This document shows positions 8,313 through 18,957 of a stretch of 64,000 bases of DNA, one piece after another (the first letter of the stretch is position 1; every line of letters begins with the position of its first letter). The notes beneath the pieces were generated by a model that saw only the letters and a program-made list of their open reading frames with translations, had not been told where the DNA came from and did no database searches. This stretch comes from Phycisphaerales bacterium (GTDB taxonomy: Bacteria; Planctomycetota; Phycisphaerae; WQYP01). Both the position numbers and the translations under genes were made by a program. Where the stretch lies: contig DAIDJN010000053.1 of assembly GCA_027451365.1 (NCBI GenBank), forward strand, positions 1 to 64,000, written 5' to 3'.

Positions 8313-9779
8313 TTATTGCAGGCCGATGCGGCAAACTGCCGTGTTGGAATCCGGCTTTATCACCACGAACACAATTTCATCGGTTCCAGCTTTTTGCGCG
8401 GCGCGAAGCAGTTTCATGAACTGACTCCCGTCCCGCACCGGCTGGTTGTTAATTCGCGTAATTAAATAGCCCGGCTTGAGTGGCGTATGTCCGAGCGTGA
8501 CGGGGGCACCGTCCTTCACCAGCGACACGACCACCCCTTTTTGCGTGGCCGGAAGTTTGCGAGCGTAAGAATCTTCAAACGCTAGGTCGCGCACCACCAT
8601 TCCCAGTCGGCGGTCCAAATACCGTTTGGTCCGCACCGGTGTCGGCGGCATATCACCGACGGTCACCGGTATATTCATCTTTTTTGTTCCATTTCGCAAA
8701 ATCCCGAATGTCACTTTTTCACCCGGCTTTAGCGGAAGCATCGCCCGCTGGAAGGCGGAAATCATTCGCGCCGGCACCGCGGATTGGGTAAAAGCCTTCC
8801 CGTTAATGGTCAGCAATATATCCTGCGATTTTAATCCGGCCTTATCGGCGGGCTGTCCGGGGATGACTCCCCCCACCACAATTCCGCCATTCTGTTTGAT
8901 TTTATAGAGTTTCCGCAATGACGGCTTAAGACCGGTTTCATCCACAATTCCCAGCCATGGCCGCCGAGTTTTGAAAGGCTTTTCGGGCACCTGCGTCACC
9001 ACGCCGCGAATTTCCGACCATGGAAGGAACAATCCCTCCTGATCCGGATCGCCAATCGTGACTGGAACTGAACGGCCCATCAAACCCAAGCTTACCGTTT
9101 CACCGGCATTGGTCGCGGTAATGCCGACAAGTTTGCCGGTATGAAAATCGTAAACCGGACTTGTGGCACGGGTCAATCCGAAAACATCAGTGGCCGCCAG
9201 CCGATGTTCATCCAGCGTGATGGCTTTGATCCGGTTAATGCCAATATATGGCCGGTAGGCCTCGGTCTTGGACAACAAACCGATGGAAATCACTTTTTCG
9301 CCCAGAAAAACGCCAGCGTGTGGCAAATCTGAAAATGGGATCACATTGAGCGGCTTATCGGCCTTAATGTAGCAAAACAAACCACTGACCGTGCGACCAA
9401 GGTATGTCGCATTCACCTTCTGAAGTTTCCCGCCGGGAATGCAAATCTTTAAATGGTGGATATAACTCAACGGCAGAATAGGCGGTATCAGACTTCCGGA
9501 TACCAGCACCACTCCCTGCTTGTTCAACACCAGTCCCTGGCCATCCACTTTGCTTGATTTGTTAAATTCATCCTTTGCCGTGTATTGCACGAACACCAGA
9601 CTGCGGACTATAGATGGTATAAACTTGGCCAGATTCACATGGGCAACCGTTCCCGCTGCCGGGGCAGCGTCGGCCGCCGTGGTCATAGCCAGAAGAACGC
9701 CGAGGAACGCAGCGCAAATTCCGCGGTATTGATTGATACACGGAATGGGGCGCCGGATATGATGTTGTTCTGTTCGCAT
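8313..9779 (-). CDS. Exported trypsin-like fold + 2 PDZ protein, catalytic motifs not recognisable
   Basis: Signal peptide; GQGLVL; RPWLGI; GIVVGGVIPGQPADKAGLKSQDILLTING (PDZ); second PDZ; no GNSGG. Confidence 0.75.
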   Translation of the reverse strand: MRTEQHHIRRPIPCINQYRGICAAFLGVLLAMTTAADAAPAAGTVAHVNLAKFIPSIVRSLVFVQYTAKDEFNKSSKVDGQGLVLNKQGVVLVSGSLIPPILPLSYIHHLKICIPGGKLQKVNATYLGRTVSGLFCYIKADKPLNVIPFSDLPHAGVFLGEKVISIGLLSKTEAYRPYIGINRIKAITLDEHRLAATDVFGLTRATSPVYDFHTGKLVGITATNAGETVSLGLMGRSVPVTIGDPDQEGLFLPWSEIRGVVTQVPEKPFKTRRPWLGIVDETGLKPSLRKLYKIKQNGGIVVGGVIPGQPADKAGLKSQDILLTINGKAFTQSAVPARMISAFQRAMLPLKPGEKVTFGILRNGTKKMNIPVTVGDMPPTPVRTKRYLDRRLGMVVRDLAFEDSYARKLPATQKGVVVSLVKDGAPVTLGHTPLKPGYLITRINNQPVRDGSQFMKLLRAAQKAGTDEIVFVVIKPDSNTAVCRIGLQ

Positions 9780-9966
9780 AGCAATAAATTCCTGTATATA
9801 TCCATTACAAAAACACGTTTACTTCCGCAGTTCCGAACGCCGGACTGATACAGACAATTTCCGGCGCGCTATACGATTCATTCCCTTTCGTAGCGCGCCG
9901 AGCAACCAACCAGCCCAATCTGTTCCGATGCCGGCCCGGTCCAGATCGCCGTGGCCAGTTTATGGA

Positions 9967-11523
9967 TTAATGATGAGGCGAAAGCACCAGCGTATGTTCG
10001 CTGCGGCCGCGCTTCACGACCACCGCCGCTGTGGCCGTTGCCTTCAACTTGCCGACAATCTGTTTGAGCTGGCGTACGGATATCACCGCCATTCCATTTA
10101 CTCGGCGAATGATGTCGTCCGGCTGCATTCCCGCGCGATCGGCCATAGATCCGGGACGAACCCCGGTGACCAGCACGCCGCTGATCAACTTCATGCGTCG
10201 CTGGCGAAGATATGCCGGCGTCAGGTTTCGCACCGCGATTCCCCAGACTGCAATTTCGTGCTGTGGCGTAACCGCACTTCGTAACCGCTGCGTTATGACT
10301 TTAAGCGTAAAATGTGTCGTCGGGCCGCCGACACCTGGCCGATCCACCTTTAAAGCCAGGGTTGAACCGATCGGCCGGTCGGCAATGTAACGCAGAATCG
10401 CGGCTAACTGCTCGGGAAATCGGCAATTGGTCGGATGCGCGTTGACACTGATCAGCACGTCCTGAGGCTGGAGTCCGGCCTTGGATGCCGGCGAATGCGG
10501 ATCCACCGATCTAATCAGCACACCTTTGCGGTTGCTTAAATGATAAAATCGGCCGAGATTCCGCAGGGGCTGCAGGCGCAGGCCAATGTAACTTCTGGGA
10601 ACGCGGCCCTGCGAAAGCAAATACGGAATGACGCGCCGCGCCACATTAATGGGGATGGCGAATCCAAGGTTGTTCGCCGACGGGTCGCCGCGCGTATTAA
10701 TGCCGATCACCTGCCCGCGTAAATTAATTAAAGGGCCGCCCGAGTTGCCCGGGTTAATGGCGGCGTCGGTCTGCAGCCAGTTGTTGAACCAGCCGGTTTC
10801 ATAACCGTCAATCGTCGAAGCGCTGAAGAAGCGGTCTGTATTGGAAATAATGCCGCGCGTAACCGTCCGCGAAAGACCGTACGGCGTGCCGATCGCCAGA
10901 ACCGCCTGCCCCAGTTGTACTGAGCGCGAATTGCCCAGGCTGGCCCAGGAAAAGTGCAAATGCCGCTTATGAATCTCCTTCATATTCATCTGCACCAGGG
11001 CCAGATCAGTCCAGTGGTCGGCCCCTATCAGCCGGGCGTGAACCTGACGCTGGTCAGCCAAGGTTATCATGATATGGCGAGCTCGGCCCGCCACATGAAA
11101 ATTGGTCAGAACATGCCCCTTGGAATCAATAATCACGCCGCTGCCGATGGCCCGAAATGACACCGGCAGCCCATCCTGAAATGACCGCATTACCACATCA
11201 ATGCGGACCACCGCGGGCGAAACCCGTGCCAAGGCATAACGCACCGAAAATGAGGGTCCCGCCTGCACCATGCATGGCGGTACGGATGTGATGGAACATC
11301 CGCCAATCCCCGCTGCCAGCAACAGTACCGCCGCCAGAATAACTGTTCGGAAATTGCCTCCATGGACACCGTCATAGCAACTACCGCATCGCATCGCGCC
11401 GTTTGTCCATGTGCCCGCTTGGCTGAGATTGCGGCTGGCGTTCGTGATCAATTTCTGGCGGACAGGCATATTGACTCCAAGACCGGCGGAACCGCGACAT
11501 CGCCCGGCAGCGGCGGATTCCAC
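9967..11523 (-). CDS. HtrA/DegP-family serine protease with 2 PDZ domains, probable lipoprotein (true start probably downstream)
   Basis: GSGVII, TNFHVA, TDLAL, QTDAAINPGNSGGPL; lipobox-like LLLAAGIGGC. Confidence 0.92.
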   Translation of the reverse strand: MESAAAGRCRGSAGLGVNMPVRQKLITNASRNLSQAGTWTNGAMRCGSCYDGVHGGNFRTVILAAVLLLAAGIGGCSITSVPPCMVQAGPSFSVRYALARVSPAVVRIDVVMRSFQDGLPVSFRAIGSGVIIDSKGHVLTNFHVAGRARHIMITLADQRQVHARLIGADHWTDLALVQMNMKEIHKRHLHFSWASLGNSRSVQLGQAVLAIGTPYGLSRTVTRGIISNTDRFFSASTIDGYETGWFNNWLQTDAAINPGNSGGPLINLRGQVIGINTRGDPSANNLGFAIPINVARRVIPYLLSQGRVPRSYIGLRLQPLRNLGRFYHLSNRKGVLIRSVDPHSPASKAGLQPQDVLISVNAHPTNCRFPEQLAAILRYIADRPIGSTLALKVDRPGVGGPTTHFTLKVITQRLRSAVTPQHEIAVWGIAVRNLTPAYLRQRRMKLISGVLVTGVRPGSMADRAGMQPDDIIRRVNGMAVISVRQLKQIVGKLKATATAAVVVKRGRSEHTLVLSPHH

Positions 11524-11592
11524 AATATTGTTTCCTTACTACCCTGAACCTTCGGGCCAGCCAGTTCCTTGGCCAGAACGGCGTTCGACCCG

Positions 11593-11967
11593 TCAGCTAA
11601 CGCTGGAAAGTTTAAACGATTTCACTGGCTTGTTCTCCGCATCCAGCAGCAGAACCGCCGCTTCATGCGAAACCGCCTCTTCCGGAGTGACTTGCGCGAA
11701 CGACATAATAATCACCTTTTCACCCGGCTTGACCAGATGGGCCGCGGCACCGTTGATTCCGATGACCCCGGAACCAGCCGGTCCGGCGATAATATATGTC
11801 TCGAATCGCACGCCATTGTGAATATCTGCGACCAGCACTTTTTCGTTAGCCAGCAGACCGCTTTTGGCCAATAAATCGCTGTCTATCGTGATGCTTCCCA
11901 CGTAGTCACGGTTGGCCTGGGTAATAATTGCACCATGTATTTTGGCGCGTAGCATTGTCAGCAACAT
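11593..11967 (-). CDS. panD: Aspartate 1-decarboxylase
   Basis: MLRAKIH, YVGSITID (G-S cleavage site), NGVRFETY, INGAAAHL. Confidence 0.97.
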   Translation of the reverse strand: MLLTMLRAKIHGAIITQANRDYVGSITIDSDLLAKSGLLANEKVLVADIHNGVRFETYIIAGPAGSGVIGINGAAAHLVKPGEKVIIMSFAQVTPEEAVSHEAAVLLLDAENKPVKSFKLSSVS

Positions 11968-12337
11968 AGTCAGGTTTCCATCAGGCACCGGGCGGGCTTG
12001 CACCGCTTCCGCCAGGCGCGAACAGGGAGTTTAAGGCATACAATCGATGCCGTCTATGAAGTCCAATTGCCACTTGAAACTTTTCGATAATTGCGGGCCG
12101 CCGCGCAAGCTCATCGGATACAATTTCCCCGTCCGGCAATGGCCATTTCGGTCGGCGGGCACAATAAAGGTGTAGGCATGGATCAACGGTTTAATCGTCC
12201 GCAGGGCGCGCCATATACCGCTGAATTTTTACCGTTTCTTCCACCACGCCCCATGACTGGGTATAATGCCGGGCAGTGATGCAATCTATTTTCCTGTTTC
12301 TGAATTTTGTTCAGACTGTCCGCCGGAGGCCAATACA

Positions 12338-14275
12338 ATGCGCACGCGTTTCAACAGTCCGATCCCGACCATCTGGCGATTCGCACTAACTTTTGCCGCG
12401 ATCCTGCTGGCAGCGCACGCTGTTTGCCGCCCCGTATGCGCCCAAACCGCGCCGGCAGCCAAAACCGTCGCGACAACTGCGGCAGGCAAAAAAATACTGC
12501 CCATCCGATTCATGCGCTGGCAACCTCTGCGGACTCAGGCAATTCTGAAACAGCTTGCCCGGGATGGCAATTTTGCCAAGGCCAGAGCCGCACTGGATGT
12601 TCTCTGCGATCAGGCGATTGCCCGCAGCCGCCGGGAGCAGACGCGCATCATACGCCGCACGGATTTCGCCCGTGAGTTGGTCACACAACTTGCAACGGTC
12701 CCGGGAAAAGAGTTACGATTGCACCTTCTGGCCTATCTTGAAAAGAACCATATTCTGGCCCAGACGCTTGTATTTCTGGTGCAAATTCAAAAGCCGCAGT
12801 GGCCCCAGATTTACGCCATGCTGAATCACCTGCACCGCAAACTGGGAAAAAGGGCGGCCCGTTATCCGAATTTAACCGCGGCAATATGCAGCGTCCTATA
12901 TAAGCCGCTGACCGTGCATATGAACGAAAACCCGGCTACTTCGCCCAACCCTGTAAGGCTCTGGAAATTTTACGTCAAGCATCAGGGGAAGATGTTTTTC
13001 GGCATTAAACCGATGCCCGCCGAACTGCTGATTTATGTCGTGGACGGCACGACAAGTATTTCCGATCACCGCTGGGCTTTGGCAAAATATCATGGCAATT
13101 CAGATACCGGCCAACTGTTCTTCAACATTAAATACGATTACGGCTTCCTGCATGGCAAAGGTTTGAAGATTGACACCGCCGGTTTTACGCTGCCAAATAT
13201 TCTTAAATATGGCGGCGTCTGCGTGGACCAGGCTTATTTTTCTACGGAAGTGGCCAAGGACATCGGCATCCCCTCCGCGCTTGATGAAGCGATGGGAAAT
13301 GACGCCGGCCACGCTTGGGCTGGCTTTCTGCAGGCCCGTGGCCGATACGGCTGGTGGAATTTTCTTTCCGGCCGCTATCAGGAATACCGCGGAATTCAGG
13401 GCCATGTGATGGACCCGCAAACGCGTGGCCGCGAACCGGACACTTTTATTTCACTAAGCGCCCAACTGATTCACACCACCGCCCACGACCGCTGGAACGC
13501 GGCCGCACTTACGGACGGTGCCGAACGGCTGGCCGAACTTGCACTGCGGCATCAGCAACTGCATGCAGCTCCGCTGCCGTCTTACATTCGCGATATCCGC
13601 CAGACACCGCGCAGGGCCAACATTGCTGAAACGCAGGTTCTGCTGCGACACGCCATTAAATTTTGCGATGGCTATGCGCCCGCCTGGTATATGGTCAGCG
13701 CGTTGGCCCGTAAGAACAAACTTCACTACAGTGACAAGACCGCCTGGTCGCGCTCGGTCATACATCTGTGCGGGCAACGCTATCCGGATTTCGCCATGGC
13801 CATATTAACCCCCATGATTCTGACCATTAAAAACGTCCATCAGCAGAACGTCCTTTGGAACCGGCTGTTCAACCTGTTTTCACAGACCCGGTTTGACCTT
13901 GCCGGGCAGGTTCGCATGTACCAGGCCGCCATGTGGCGCAAAGCCGGGAAGTTGACGCGCGCCGGTCAGTGCTATATGGACATTATCAATCGCTTTGCCA
14001 GTGACGGCCCGTTTATTATCGGCGCAATCCACGGCGCCCAAACCGTTCTGGAACGCCAGGGGCGGAAGGCTCAGGTACTGCAATTATGGCAGATCGCCTG
14101 GCAGAATATTACCCCGCCGGCAACCGATCTTGGCACATTTGTAACTGACAGCGTCTGGTATCAGGTGGGCGAAGCGTTTAAACAAAAACTCGCCGCCGCG
14201 GGCCACGCCAACAAGGCACAAATTGTGGATGCCAAACTTAAACAACTGCTGGCATCCGCCGGCGTGAAGAATTAA
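12338..14275 (+). CDS. Secreted protein with transglutaminase-like (Cys-His) core and helical C-terminal region
   Basis: Signal peptide; GGVCVDQAYF...GIP...GHAWAGF; GGAGG RBS before ATG 12338. Confidence 0.65.
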   Translation: MRTRFNSPIPTIWRFALTFAAILLAAHAVCRPVCAQTAPAAKTVATTAAGKKILPIRFMRWQPLRTQAILKQLARDGNFAKARAALDVLCDQAIARSRREQTRIIRRTDFARELVTQLATVPGKELRLHLLAYLEKNHILAQTLVFLVQIQKPQWPQIYAMLNHLHRKLGKRAARYPNLTAAICSVLYKPLTVHMNENPATSPNPVRLWKFYVKHQGKMFFGIKPMPAELLIYVVDGTTSISDHRWALAKYHGNSDTGQLFFNIKYDYGFLHGKGLKIDTAGFTLPNILKYGGVCVDQAYFSTEVAKDIGIPSALDEAMGNDAGHAWAGFLQARGRYGWWNFLSGRYQEYRGIQGHVMDPQTRGREPDTFISLSAQLIHTTAHDRWNAAALTDGAERLAELALRHQQLHAAPLPSYIRDIRQTPRRANIAETQVLLRHAIKFCDGYAPAWYMVSALARKNKLHYSDKTAWSRSVIHLCGQRYPDFAMAILTPMILTIKNVHQQNVLWNRLFNLFSQTRFDLAGQVRMYQAAMWRKAGKLTRAGQCYMDIINRFASDGPFIIGAIHGAQTVLERQGRKAQVLQLWQIAWQNITPPATDLGTFVTDSVWYQVGEAFKQKLAAAGHANKAQIVDAKLKQLLASAGVKN

Positions 14276-14849
14276 TGCACAGTTGAAGGCTATCTCGCTA
14301 CAGCCCCTATTGATAGTCCGGTGCAAATTCGGCGTTTTGAGAACCATTTGTCCACGTGTTTTAGAACCAAATTCCGATCCGGCTGGCCCACTTTGGGATT
14401 AAAAGCCGGAATCCTGACACCATAATCAACGTGTGCCACGCCCGCGGCCGTTGCGCTAAAGTATATAACATTTGCGCAAAATTAGACTACCGCTCCGGAT
14501 TTCCTAAGTTATAGTTTTAACTGGCGGATGGGTCTGTTCTCGTTAAAGCTGCCCGTGCGGGAGTTTTTCGAGGTTGCCATCCAACCGAATTAAAAGTCGC
14601 ACAACGGCTACGGCCGCTTGCGATGAATAATTTGATCCGCAGGCTGCAAGCCGCCTGCCAACGACCATCAGAACAGCAAACGCGGAGTCATTTGTTTGAC
14701 TCCGGCTGCTTTCCAGCTTGGCTGGCGTCTCGCATGCCGGTGTGAGGCGCCAGCCGGCGGAAGGCTGCGATATTATCTTATTCAAATCACAATATATGAA
14801 TGTCCCGCGACAGGCGAACGCAAGCCAAGGGGCTTGACTGCGGTGAAAA

Positions 14850-15620
14850 TCAGATGCCTGCGCCCTGATCCAGATGAATACCGCATTCTTTTTTGTCCAT
14901 GCCCGACCAGCGGCCACTTCGCTGATCGTCGTTCATAGCCACCGGCCGCGTGCAGGTTTCCGGATTGCAGCCAATGGAAACATAACCCTCCTGCCACATG
15001 GGATGGTGCGGCAGGGCATTTTGCTTCATGTAATCAAATATCTGCCGATGACTCCAGCCCAGCAATGGGGAAACGGCCCAGGCATTGACACGTTGCGAAA
15101 ATTCCACAACCCGCATTTTGGCGCGATGATCGGACTGATGCGCTCGCACACCGCGAATCCAGGCGGTGGGCACCAATGCGCGCATCGCCCGGTCAAATAC
15201 TTCGTTTTTATTGGCCGCACAGCACGCATCCACATTATTCCTCTGCCGCGGGTCCGGTTCGCCATTTACCGTAAGCCAGACCACCGGATCGTTGCGGGTA
15301 TGATACTCCAGCACATTCAACTGATACCGCTGCCGCATCTGTTCCATAAAGGCCAGGGTCTGCGGAAAAAGATAACCCGTGTTCACGAACACTATAGGAA
15401 TTTGCGGAAATACGCGTGTGGCCAGATGAATGGCGCACATGCTTTCAGCGCCAAAACTGCTGGTCATAATCAGGCCGCGTCCGAAAGTTTCGGCCGCCCA
15501 TTGAAAAATATCTGCCGGATGGGCCGAGGCAAAGCGGGCGTTAAGAACATCCACTGCGGATGCGTCAAGCCGCGGGGCCGGAACAGAGATTGCAGGAAGT
15601 ACTGGTGCATCGCCGGACAT
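14850..15620 (-). CDS. cysH: APS/PAPS reductase with Fe-S-type cysteines
   Basis: TSSFG, NTGYLFPQT, ACCAANK, GYVSIGCNPETCT, RSGRW, C-terminal ECGIH. Confidence 0.93.
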   Translation of the reverse strand: MSGDAPVLPAISVPAPRLDASAVDVLNARFASAHPADIFQWAAETFGRGLIMTSSFGAESMCAIHLATRVFPQIPIVFVNTGYLFPQTLAFMEQMRQRYQLNVLEYHTRNDPVVWLTVNGEPDPRQRNNVDACCAANKNEVFDRAMRALVPTAWIRGVRAHQSDHRAKMRVVEFSQRVNAWAVSPLLGWSHRQIFDYMKQNALPHHPMWQEGYVSIGCNPETCTRPVAMNDDQRSGRWSGMDKKECGIHLDQGAGI

Positions 15621-15623
15621 AAT

Positions 15624-16568
15624 TCAGATTGCCTCCGATTGAATCCGCACTGGCTGGGCGACCTGGCCCGCCGCGGACCGCCGCCGCCATGTGGCTTCCA
15701 GTTCGTCGAGCACGGCCAGCGGCACACGGACATTCTGCCGCCCAAGGCCAAGCGAAATATCCGGCTTGCTGGTACCGTGAAAATCGGATCCGCCGGTGGG
15801 AACCAGTTGATAGCGACGCGCCAGAGACAAAATAAATTCAGTATCCTGCGGACGATGATCGCTATGCCAGGCTTCAATGCCGTCCAGACCGATGTCCTTG
15901 AGATTGGACACAATATTTTCCAGTTCCGCCGGGTGACCGGTGCGTAATTGCACCGGGTGAGCCAGAACCGCCAGACCACCGGCATCATGAATACAGTCAA
16001 TGGCCTGTTTGCGGGTCAGGCGTTCTTTGTCAAAATAGGCTTGACCGGTCGTACCAAGATAAACGTCAAACGCCTGTTTCACACTGGCTACACAGCCGGC
16101 TTCGGCCAGAGCCTGGGCGATGTGCGGGCGACCAATCACCACTGCCTGGCCGTCTGTTACGCCGCGCCGCGCGACGGCCTGAACCTGATCCATAGTGATG
16201 GCACAGCCAAGGGCATTAAGGCGGGCAATGATGCGTGGATTGCGGGCATCGCGTCCTTCCAGCAGAATCTGGCTCATGCGTTTAAGGGCGGGCGAAACCG
16301 GATCAATAAAATAGCCCAGCAAGTGCATGGTGCCCGGATGGGGAAATTCCGCGGATATTTCAATGCCGGGAACGAACCGGATCCCCGCATGCCGGGCCGC
16401 CTCGGCAGCTTCCAGAAGCCCGTTACCGGTGTCATGATCGGTCAGAGCCAGGCCCACCAGGCCAGCGGTTTTAGCGCTGGCGATCAGGCGCGTCGGCGTC
16501 AGGCTGCCATCACTGGCAGTGGAATGGGTATGCATATCCACCCATTGGGTGTCGGCGGGGCGTGTCAT
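15624..16568 (-). CDS. PHP-domain phosphatase (TrpH/YciV-like; candidate 3',5'-pAp phosphatase)
   Basis: [45 protein letters not shown]. Confidence 0.9.
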   Translation of the reverse strand: MTRPADTQWVDMHTHSTASDGSLTPTRLIASAKTAGLVGLALTDHDTGNGLLEAAEAARHAGIRFVPGIEISAEFPHPGTMHLLGYFIDPVSPALKRMSQILLEGRDARNPRIIARLNALGCAITMDQVQAVARRGVTDGQAVVIGRPHIAQALAEAGCVASVKQAFDVYLGTTGQAYFDKERLTRKQAIDCIHDAGGLAVLAHPVQLRTGHPAELENIVSNLKDIGLDGIEAWHSDHRPQDTEFILSLARRYQLVPTGGSDFHGTSKPDISLGLGRQNVRVPLAVLDELEATWRRRSAAGQVAQPVRIQSEAI

Positions 16569-17203
16569 AAATTTTTCTGCACCTCAAATATATTCCGGCC
16601 GGCCAGAAAAGCTTCAATTGCCTCCACGCACGCCTCCACACTTTGCCGGTCCGTATGCAGATGGATTTCCGGATTTTCCGGAATTTCATACGCTTGGTCC
16701 AGACCGGTCATATGCATCGGGCGGCCATCAGCCTGGGCGGCGCGAGCCTTTTTGTAAAGCCCCTTGGGGTCGCGGGCACTGCAGACATCCAGCGGAGCAT
16801 CCACAAATATTTCAATAAATTTTCCTGGCGGCAGCTTCGTGCGCACCGCCGCCCGATCCGCCGCAAATGGACTTATAAAACTGCAAATGACAATCAGTCC
16901 GGCGTCGGCGAAAAGTTTGGCTATTTCGCCGGCGCGCCGAATGTTTTCCGTGCGGTCGGCGGCGGTAAAGCCCAGATCGCAATTTAAACCGTGACGAAGG
17001 TTGTCGCCGTCCAGCACATACGCAATCCGCCGCTGAGTGATTAAACGATGTTCCAACTGCATCGCAATTGTTGATTTTCCCCCGCCGGAAAGCCCGGTCA
17101 GCCACAGGACGCAGCCCGTGCTGCCGGTAATCGCGGCTCGCTGGCTTGCAGTCACTTTGCCACCATGCCAGACAATATTAGTCGCTTTTGTCGTCATATT
17201 CAT
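16565..17203 (-). CDS. cysC: Adenylyl-sulfate kinase (alternative start ATG 17197)
   Basis: [43 protein letters not shown]. Confidence 0.96.
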   Translation of the reverse strand: MNMTTKATNIVWHGGKVTASQRAAITGSTGCVLWLTGLSGGGKSTIAMQLEHRLITQRRIAYVLDGDNLRHGLNCDLGFTAADRTENIRRAGEIAKLFADAGLIVICSFISPFAADRAAVRTKLPPGKFIEIFVDAPLDVCSARDPKGLYKKARAAQADGRPMHMTGLDQAYEIPENPEIHLHTDRQSVEACVEAIEAFLAGRNIFEVQKNL

Positions 17204-17600
17204 CAGCCTAGCGGAGCTTGCGCCTGCTGGAAAGCGGGCCGTGGCTCTGCATAAATTCCTATTATCGATAAAACCTATCGGTTTTATCTGCCTTTGTTAC
17301 TTTAGCATTGTTCTGGAGGCAAAACAAGGCCGAATCTGTTGGAATCGCGTCAGGTTGCATCTTGCTCGAGTCTAAAACCGCTGCGCGTATATCCGATTGG
17401 AACATGAAGACGCCAGACCATTCATTGAAAAAGCCAACAACAACGCCCGTATTGGACAGGTGAATTGGTAGCCATCGCACGCCGACGCTACAATAAAACA
17501 GTGCCTTTAAGCCGACTGCGGCAGCACATATTTGGCCGCCACGAATCAGCGTCGTCCCGGCAAGCCGACGTGGTCATGCCACAGGAAATTGGAGCAGTTG

Positions 17601-18818
17601 ATGATTTCGATTGAAGCCCCCGCCCTGGCCACCCGAAATGGAGATACCCCGAATGTTTCCGCCATTCCGCATAGTTCCAGCCCGGCGGATTATCTGGACA
17701 TCGGTTCAATTACCGACACCGCCCTGCGGCCGATAGCCGAAAAAATTGCCCGCGGCCAGCGGCTGGACTTTGCCGATGGCATGACCCTGTGGAATTCACG
17801 CGATATTTTCGCCATCGGCCATATCGCCAATGCCGTCCGCCAGGCCATGCATGGCCGCCTGGCCTATTACAACATCAACCGCCACATAAATTATTCCAAT
17901 ATTTGTGCCCTGTCCTGCAAATTCTGCGAATTTCACCGCAAGCGCGGCGAAGCGGGCGCGTATGAATATGATCTGGAAAGAGTCTATCAGATAGCTGGTG
18001 AAGCGGACAAAATCGGTGCGACGGAAATTCATATTGTCGGCGGGCTGCATCCGTGGCTGCCCTTTGAATGGTACCTGGAAATGCTTTCCAGCCTGCGGAC
18101 CAGATTCCCCCGCCTGCATTTGAAATGCTTCACCGCCATTGAGATTGACCACTTCACAAAAATTTCCAAACTCTCGGTCCGCGAGGTTCTGATTGCCCTT
18201 CGCGAACATGGGCTGGGTTCCATGCCCGGCGGAGGGGCCGAAGTGTTTGACGACCGCGTGCACGACGAAGTTTTCAAGGGCAAGCTGCGCGGCGACGGCT
18301 GGATGAATGTGCACAAAGTCGCGCATGAACTGGGCATTGCCACCAACGCCACCATTCTTTATGGCCATGTGGAAACACGGGCGGAGCGAATTAATCACCT
18401 GATTAAATTGCGGGAATTGCAGGATACCGCACCGGGCTTCCAGACGATTATCCCGCTTTCCTTTATTCCCGATGGCAGCGAACTGGGGCATCTGCCCGGC
18501 AACACCGGACTTGAGGATATGAAAATGCTGGCCATTTCCCGACTGATGTTGCCGAATTTTGCCCATGTGAAGGCGTTCTGGATCATGCAAAGCATGAAAC
18601 TTTCACAGGTAAGCCTGAACTTTGGCGTTGATGATCTGGATGGCACCGTGGTCTGGTATGACATTACCAAACGTGAAGGCGGCCGGGGCAATCAGCATCA
18701 GGAGCAGGATGTTTCCGATATTCGCCGTCTGGTGGTAGAAGCTGGATTTGTCCCTGTCGAACGCGACACGCTGTACCGCCGCGTTGTTCGCAACGGCAGC
18801 GACTGGCACGTGGAATAA
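17601..18818 (+). CDS. mqnE: Aminofutalosine synthase (radical SAM, MqnE/CofH family)
   Basis: NRHINYSNICALSCKFCEF, EIHIVGGLHP, SMPGGGAEVF, HVKAFWIM, FGVDDLDGTV, PVERDTLY. Confidence 0.85.
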   Translation: MISIEAPALATRNGDTPNVSAIPHSSSPADYLDIGSITDTALRPIAEKIARGQRLDFADGMTLWNSRDIFAIGHIANAVRQAMHGRLAYYNINRHINYSNICALSCKFCEFHRKRGEAGAYEYDLERVYQIAGEADKIGATEIHIVGGLHPWLPFEWYLEMLSSLRTRFPRLHLKCFTAIEIDHFTKISKLSVREVLIALREHGLGSMPGGGAEVFDDRVHDEVFKGKLRGDGWMNVHKVAHELGIATNATILYGHVETRAERINHLIKLRELQDTAPGFQTIIPLSFIPDGSELGHLPGNTGLEDMKMLAISRLMLPNFAHVKAFWIMQSMKLSQVSLNFGVDDLDGTVVWYDITKREGGRGNQHQEQDVSDIRRLVVEAGFVPVERDTLYRRVVRNGSDWHVE

Positions 18819-18957
18819 TACCCGGCGGAAGTTGCGCGATTCAATTCGGCCCCAGCCGGTCTTAACCTGAATGCAGGCAGATGAAATTGCAGTCTGCGAT
18901 TATATTTTCAAACACGGCGACATTGAATGCCGGCCAATAAACAGAGGCTATGCAAAT

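Noticed and set aside
14805..14845. acgcaagcc...ggcttga resembling a c-di-GMP-I riboswitch
   Set aside because: Lacks the GGCAAA/GNRA P2 elements and has no downstream gene on that strand
14874..18590. Long antisense ORFs (e.g. 14874-15947, 15948-16757, 17796-18590; likewise 23753-24673, 47016-47969)
   Set aside because: Shadows of well-supported genes in GC-rich DNA
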